Shown here: piece after piece, positions 56,601 through 64,000 of the stretch
Layout: every line of letters starts with the position of its first letter
Position numbering within the stretch: position 1 is the first letter of the stretch
Assembly (NCBI GenBank): GCA_001642005.1
Contig: LWCA01000053.1
Location: 2,439 to 66,438 of the forward strand
DNA length: 64,000 nt
Reading direction: 5' to 3'
Source: Intoshia linei
Taxonomy: Eukaryota > Animalia > Orthonectida
Position numbers and translations under genes: made by a program
The notes under the pieces: model-generated
Told to the model about the DNA's origin: nothing
Database searches by the model: none
Seen by the model: only the letters and a program-made list of their open reading frames with translations

Positions 56601-59600
56601 GAAATTATTACAGATATACAAGTCATCTGACTAAACTTGCCATCTATTAATATCAACATGATAAATATAGTATTAACGGCGGCTAGCGCTATATGGAATT
56701 GCGCATAGTTTGGTAAAAAATGTTAAGGCCCATTTTGTAGCATGGTAGATTATGATCTGGGTTAATATATAGAAAATACATGACGTATGGAACGTAACAA
56801 ATAAAAAAAAAATCGGCGGCAAGACCAGGATAATACCGCCCATGACGCCATTAATCAGCTCCAGTTGCAATTAAAGTTGTAATAAAATTTAATTTTTAAT
56901 TTAACATGAATATTTTTTGAAGTGTGTATTTTCAACATTAAAAACGTATTTCTTCATCTCTAGTTTATCAACCTTTTTTCTTTTTTTAATTTTAAAGAAT
57001 TTTTTAAAAAAAATTTAAAATAAAAAGTTTTAATTTGTTTCTGAACAAAAAAACAATTTTATGTAACGGGTCCTAAGCGAGACGGTATACTTCTTGTTTT
57101 CAATTTTTCGCTAGGCACATATAAAATATTCTGACTAGGGTACACCTGTTGAGAACCACATATATATGATGTAAATTAATATTTATAACAATAATAAATA
57201 AGTCATACGTTAAATAAGAAATTAATTTGTTTCCAACTTGGTCTAGTTCTTTTTTTAGACTGCCTGAACAATTCGACTTATCTATTAAAAAATAAATATA
57301 AATTATCAATATTTTTATTTATATTTTTGAAATTAAAAAAATATAAGTGCTTACCGTCATTCCAATCATCAACTTTGTTTGAACCATTATACAATTGGAG
57401 ATATTTAGATATCAACACTTCAAACATTTCATAGAAGGGAGTGATGTAATCGTTTAAGCTTACGTTATAGAAATAAATAATAATATCAAACAGCATGTAT
57501 TTTTTGGCGGTTCGAATAATCTAAAATCAATTAAAAAATAAATTAATCTAAATATTACAGTGTCCCAAAACGTTTTGACTAGCTGTCATAAAATCGAAAT
57601 TAAAAATCGAGACCAAAAACAAATATCGAATATTAAATTTTTACTTTTCAAACATTGGATTTAAGTTAATTAACCCTATTACTTACATATTGTATATAAC
57701 ATTGGATCTCGGTGTGTATGTTACCTATTACATGCTAATTACTCGTTAACAGAATAATTTGTCCTAAAAAAAATCTCATTACGTTAACGGATTTTTTTAT
57801 AAATAATGTATATACATTAAAACAATGATTCCCGATTGATGGCCAAAATTATGTGCCTGGGGTAACTGAGATTACTAGACCGCTACATTGTTATTTCAAA
57901 AATCCCAATTTTATACCGACATTAATAAAATTTACAATTGTTAATAAAAAATACCATTTCAAGCCCTCAGGGCAAAATTGAATTTAGTCAACATTTTTTT
58001 GAAAAATTAGATTTTACGAAACTTATGAAAAATATCCACTTAATCAAACCACAAAATAAAAAATACAATTTTACCAAACGTTAAGGGAAAAATACCCCTT
58101 TTTCAATATTTTTTTGAAAAACACGATTTTACCAAATCTTATGAGAAAAACGTCTTATTACCAAACCATAAAATAAAACTTTAATATTACCAACGCTTAA
58201 GGGAAATGTTCTCTTTTTCCAATATTATTTTGAAAAATCCGATTTTATTAAATCTTATGAGCAACAACTTCCTAAGCACAAACACAACATAAAAATGAAA
58301 ATTTACTAACCCTCAATCAAAAATTCTCTTTTTCCAATATTTTTTTGAAAAAAACGATTTACTAAATCCTATGATGAAAAACCTTTCAGTTTTTATTCAA
58401 TATTTTATATCTCGTTTCTTTTGGGGTTCAAAAAATAAATGTTTTGAAATGGGGGTCCGTACACTATTTGAACCGGGAACCACTGCATTAAAACAATGAA
58501 AAAATTTTAATTTTCATTCCACTTACCTATATTCTGGGTCAATTCATTTCACATAATTAATAATCAACCATTATTATCATCATTAATCAAGAAGAAAATA
58601 CAATGTTTTACATATCTAAAACTTTTAATTTGAACCGAAAAAGATTTACTATAATTATGATGCTACTGTCTTTTCTCGATTATAAGCAAACCCCTGAAAT
58701 AGAAATTTTCAGTGAAATTTTTAACTAAATAAAATTTAAATATAAGCAGTTCCTACTTGTATTCGAAAAAAAACTTTAAACAAAAAATAGACAACATATC
58801 AATTTATTTTTAAAAAATAACTTTCTTCATACAATATGTCTAATTTAGAAGTTTTTCTTTCCCCATGTACAATATATTGTTTATGCAATTCGTTAAAAGT
58901 AATCTGAATTTCAAATTTTTTATTAGCAACAAAAAATTCATTAAGATAAGGTGATTCGGACGTGTTTTTAATATTTTCAATGTACTCATAATTAATGATA
59001 TCAAGCAGGATCAAATATTCTTTAAGTTTTTCACAGACCTCATTTTTTAATTTATAAGTTTTATCTCAAATAGATTTTGACAATACCCCAAGATGTAACT
59101 TAATACAAATCTTACAAGTTCTTAAAATATAAAAGCAAACTTTTAGTGTATTTTTTATATTTTTCAAGGTCTGCTTAAAAGTCTGCTTGTTTTTTATTAT
59201 AACCATTTTTCCTTCTACTCTCGAATATAAGAAGACTTCTTATAATCGATTAAAGACAGTAGTCATTCTAAGTTAAAATTTAATGAAATATTTTACTTCA
59301 GAAAAATTCAGTCCATTAATCAAGAATTTTTATCTGTTAACGAGGAATTCCGTTATAAAGGAATTACCTTGTAGTTAAAAAAACTCAATTTCTCATACAT
59401 TTTTTATGAGGTGATGTTTACATCTAAGTTTCATTTTCTGAATATGAGTTCTTCAGGGTCAAAAATACAATTTTTCCTTTTTTATCGTTTTAAAATCATA
59501 ATCATCATCCTAAATGATAACCTCTAAAAATTGTATTTTCACGATCAAAACAGCATATTATCTTTTTTACAGTTATACAGTTATCTCCAGTTGGGTTAAA

Positions 59601-62600
59601 ATTTTTAATCTCACAAAGTGATACCTTCATGATCAAAAAAGCACTTTGGTACATAACAGTAAAACATAAGGTTATACTTATCTAGGTATGGTTTTATAAA
59701 CAATATGGTTCAAATAACACAATGTCAGTATTTCATACATTTACGTGAATTCCATGAGAAATTTCCTTTAAAAAAAAGGATAAATTTGATCGCAGATCAT
59801 AGTTTGGCGGTAACTGATATGAATTAATTAATTTAAAAAATTACCAAATTAATATCAAGACATTTCATATCAATTTTGGGTACAATAAGATTAAACAATT
59901 CAAAATTTGAATTATCAATTAAATACACAAGATATTCTCGAGCAAATCTAGCATTAATATAAATGCATGATTTTTTACAGATGAAAGGAGTTATATTATC
60001 GAATAAAATTGGTTTGCATTGAGATATTAGCTCTTTAGAGTTGTTCAATTTATTATTACACTTATAATGATTTTCCTCCAATATTGAAAATATATCATAA
60101 ATTTCAGAAAATAAAACTTGACTAAGCAAAAATGAAAAAAATATAAATTAAAAAAATTACGAAATTCCAACTTGAAATGCAATTTTTATAATAAATTTAA
60201 TTTTTTTCTAAAAAATAAGTAAGATAAAAATGTATGTATTTTTACCGTGAATGTTATAATGGAGAAATAATTATCAAAGTTTAATAATTTTTCAGAGTAA
60301 ATAATGAGAATATTTCTCGCCTAATTAAATTATGAGGTATAAAAACCATAAATATTATACTTTATCTAGCAAATTAATACGCGCTTTCTTGACAATGGCT
60401 TGACCAAAGAAACACGATGCTTTATTGGAAAGTAATTCGGCAATAAATATGATAACTTTTTCATATTCACCCCTTTCAATCAAAAATTCTATTCGCTAAA
60501 ATTTAATTTTTATCATTAAATAATTAAAATTATGTATTTTTTACTTTGTCCCATTTTCTAAGCGACAATCTGAAAGGTCCATATATTCCTAGAATGTAGA
60601 ATACGAAATTATGCGTTCCTATTTGTCTTATTGTCAGCATATTACCATATTGTTTCTGTAAATTATACAATTTTTAGATAAAAAATTATTACAAAATATT
60701 GAGAAATTCCTTTATCAATAGTTCTGTAACCAATAAATCCGCCAACAATGTTTACATGTGATAAATCGATACTCTAAAAAAATAATTATAAATCAAGTCA
60801 TACAACAAACCATTCATGTGGAGTGTTACTTCAATTTCATATAGACCGGTAAAATAAAAAATTTTTTAATTACGATTTAATAGTCAATTAAAAAAACAAA
60901 CAATTATTTATATTTTTTTTAAAAATCAGATCCTAATTATGAAAAAAACCTGAAATAAGTTTAAATAATGTGATATATGATGGAATTTGATAAATTCTGC
61001 TGTAACCTGTAAGAATTTTAATATGACTAGTAAAGATTAAACATGCATGTCATTTTTTAAATCAATATTAATAAATGATGAATGCATTAATATATAATTG
61101 CCTCAATTATAGATTTTGTAGATATGTCCATTACATACACAATTGAAGATTTACTGTACAATATCAAGCTAGAAGAGTTTGGCCACTAAATTGTATATAA
61201 TATTAATGTTGTCAATAATTTACAGACTTTTATAAACTGTATTGAAAATTTAAATTTAAAGAATAAATTCTATAGATATACGTGATTTTGACCATTAATA
61301 TATTTTATAATCTTATTATTGGATTTAAAAATTTCAGTAGAATTGTCAAAAATAATTAAAATAAATAAAAAATTAGTTTTAAGTGGAACTCAGTTGATAA
61401 TTTATTAATTAAAATAAGAAACTAAAAAAATGAAATTACATGAAAAGCTGATATATCAAAATCAAGTTTTAACGATAAAAATTTTTCATGAACCATTTCA
61501 CTCGTTTTTATTTGTTTGATCTAAAAATTAAATAATAAAACTAAAATTAGATAATTACCCTATAAATTTCCAACATGTTATCGGCTGAAAATAAAAGAAA
61601 TGGTTTTAAAATTGGTTCTTGTTGAGCGGAACTCACCTTCATAAATCTCCAAGACACGCAAGGTATTGTGCGAGATTCAACATTCTAAATATGGACAAGT
61701 TTTATAGATAGCTTTTTATAAAATTTCAATATTTGTAAAAATTACACAAAATGGAAAAATTGGTGATTCTAATTAGGCGGTGATTTCTAACGGGCTCATT
61801 ATTTACGAGTTATATATGTATATCTTTAAATAAGGGTTTATCTGATATATCGATTTTGATTGTACCATATACTATACATTATCATATCGATAAAAGTAAA
61901 AAAAATGGGATTACACTGAAAAGAAGTTTTATTTTTTCTACAACCCCAATCCTAAATGATATTAATATAGTCATAGTAGTCATAGGTATGAAATTTTTAA
62001 TGATACATTTTATATGCTACATCCGAACCAAGTTGTTAGTTTTAATTTTAGTGAATTAAATTGTAGATGAATATTCTTAAATTCAAACATTTTTACTAAA
62101 AATCCAGTTTTACCAACCCATAGAGGGAAAATTACTTTTTTATTTAACCTTAAGAGAAAATTTCTATCTAAAACTATGTCTGATTTAAAAAAATTCTGAA
62201 AAAGTATGCGTTTGCAACAATTTCAATTCCAATTATTGATTATAAGACGATTAAGTGCAATTACAAATATTTTCTAAGAAAAAAATTCTACCACGTTTTC
62301 GATGTCCTTCGTGAAAAAAAAAGATTGGATATAATTGATTTGCTGTTTAAAATACTTAGAAAGCGAAAAAACCACTAAAAACATCTAATATAGCAAATAT
62401 AAAATATTTCAATGACAGAAAAATCCATAATGAATAAGTTTTTTTAATTTTGTTTTAAAAGGTTTTATTTGTTTCATCATCAGTTTAAGTAAGTAAGCGG
62501 TTATAACACAGCTGTTTATCGATAATCCTTTTATTTAAGAACTTTACTTTGTTTTTTTTGTAATACTGAGTTTATATGGAATACTTTGAAATTCGGTAAA

Positions 62601-63503
62601 ATTGAAATTTTCCCTAATGGACTGGTAAAACTGAATTTTTCCATACTGATTGGTAATTTTTGATATTTAGTAAAAATGGTTGTATTTAAGTAGACACCCT
62701 TTTTAATTTTTTATAAAAATAAAATTATTAAATTTAGATGAATTCAAAAATATTCAAAACTTTCAGAGTACAACTTAGCAATTTTTTCACTTGTCGAGTT
62801 GACAGTGTCAACCCTACTTCAATATGAAAATCTGACTTTCAACACCTTGATTTGATCAGGACTCCTGATGATAATGTTTTAATTAAGCCCTAATTACTAT
62901 ATATTTTATAAAACTAATAATGACATCGGCATAATAAAATTTTCCAAATAAATAATTATAATACATTAACATCGTAAAGACATTAACAAACGAGGTTCGG
63001 GTGTATAATATTTTACCAATAATCTGAATTTAAAAAGAAATGTAATCTCGGCATCAACTTTAATAACGCAAATCTATTTAGATATATATACCAAATATCA
63101 AATAGTAATGTACATGGTTCACACTCGCTAAAGCTAACAATTCAATGGATTCATATATAAAATATTCAGGGTAACTGTTCATAGGTTGCATTGAAACCAC
63201 TTCGCCATTGCTAAATTTATATTCCGATTCATTAATATTTGACATTAAATTAAAAAAAATTATTTATTTCGTCATCGATGTTGGAACAAATAATGAACAT
63301 AATATTTTATTTTATTTGTATATGTAAGTAATTGAAATATACCAGCCAGAAAATATACAAGTTGTTTTGAATGATCGATATGATAAAATGTTGCTAAATT
63401 CTTTTTTATTTATGTGAATATTAACTTTAAAGTACCTAAATTGAAAGGAATATACAGACCCACCCGTGTCTAAACCATAGCATAATGCAGGATCCGTACT
63501 AAA
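50612..63503 (-). CDS. VPS8: VPS8 (CORVET subunit), many small exons; 5' end beyond window
   Basis: SLYLLERIGGYSEAY, WFNLLN, GKLGDIRDIL...FKHDQ, then a RING-H2 split over exons ~52923-52760 (CYYC) and 50711-50612 (CLHVYHSNC...CPKC*), in the order expected for VPS8. Confidence 0.8.
51561..52183. mobile_element. hAT-type MITE in last VPS8 intron
   Basis: 8-bp TSD AGATAAAG (51553-51560 and 52184-52191); gggcaaactacggcccgcg...tgcggcc...tttcccaccactg ends. Confidence 0.8.
52331..52560 (-). pseudogene. hAT transposase C-terminal remnant in VPS8 intron
   Basis: Startless open frame with CTNELTERVFRMAN...SLENLEHVL resembling the hAT dimerisation motif (SNAxxERVFS); splice phase does not fit VPS8. 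Confidence 0.4.
57823..58485. mobile_element. hAT-type MITE with internal ~30-bp tandem repeats
   Basis: TIRs caatgattcccg / cgggaaccactg; 8-bp TSD CATTAAAA (57815-57822 and 58486-58493); internal units like attttaccaaatcttatgagaaaaa. Confidence 0.82.
62070..62700. mobile_element. Foldback-like element with long repeat-bearing inverted ends
   Basis: cttaaattcaaacatttttactaaaaatccagttttaccaaccc (~62075-62120) is inverted relative to ggtaaaactgaa...tttagtaaaaatggttgtatttaagtagacaccct (~62620-62700). Confidence 0.55.
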
Positions 63504-63532
63504 CTAAATAAAATAAAAATTATTTATCAAAT

Positions 63533-64000
63533 AAGGGTGTCACTTAAATCCAACCATTTTTACTAAAAATCAAAATTTACAAATGCTTTTTTACCAACCC
63601 TTTAGGGAAAATTTCAGTTTAACTAACCCTGTAGGAAAAAGTCCTTTTATATCAACCCTTATGGGAAAAATACAGTTTAACCAACCCTAAAATGAAAATT
63701 CCTGTTTTATCAACCCTTATGGAAAAAATACAGTTTTACCATCACTAAAAGGAAAAATTCAGTTTTACTAACCCTGTAGGAAAAAGTCTTTTTATATCAA
63801 CACTTATGTGAATAGTACAGTTTAACCAACCCTAAAAAGAAAAATTCTTGTTTTATCAACCATTAGTGAAAAAATACAGTTTTACCATCCCTAAAAGTAA
63901 AAATTAAATTGTATCAGTCTAAAAAAAAAATCCAGTTTTACCAACTTAAAAGGAAAAATTCAATTTTATCATCGTAAAAGTAAAAATTCAGTTTTACGAA
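63533..64000 (+). repeat. Transposon terminus followed by ~29-bp minisatellite with 145-bp higher-order period; runs off window
   Basis: aagggtgtcacttaaatccaaccatttttactaaa matches the 62665-62700 end. Units approximate cagttttaccaacccttatggaaaaaata; actaaccctgtagg recurs at 63622 and 63767, tacagtttaaccaaccctaa at 63671 and 63816. Confidence 0.88.

Noticed and set aside
63533-64000. CRISPR array or telomere
   Set aside because: Tandem degenerate monomers with no unique spacers, no cas genes and a eukaryotic context; AACCCT occurs only once per ~29-bp unit, not as a telomeric run.

Overview
AT-rich, gene-dense animal genomic DNA, not prokaryotic. Most introns are tiny (about 33-50 nt, GT-AG), and a few are enlarged to 1-3 kb by DNA-transposon debris. 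This architecture resembles a compact invertebrate genome such as an orthonectid (inference only). Manual splicing supports about 16 protein-coding genes, most missed or fragmented by the ORF track. In order: SGSM1/2-type Rab-GAP (3' part), C17orf98/SPMAP1-like, a divergent CDK4/6-like kinase, Pcc1/LAGE3, flotillin-2, an ~840-aa orphan, ERICH2-like, PIERCE1/2-like, a divergent truncated BBS4-like, GALNT10-like, C19orf44-like, SDHB, TMEM41A, an 81-aa RVxF micro-protein, two tandem Sp1-4-type zinc-finger genes, and VPS8 (5' end outside the window). Mobile DNA includes two decayed Tc1 elements (one with an intron), several hAT elements/MITEs with 8-bp TSDs, a piggyBac-like relic, a Helitron-like dispersed repeat and a foldback-like element carrying a 29-bp/145-bp satellite. 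Best leads: (i) a local cluster of cilia genes with X-box-like motifs; (ii) a duplicated Sp pair whose upstream regions share repeated ACGCCT(TTGT) motifs; (iii) the orphan gene; (iv) the remodelled CDK4/6 and BBS4. No tRNA, rRNA or CRISPR array was seen. Family assignments rest on remembered motifs, not database searches.
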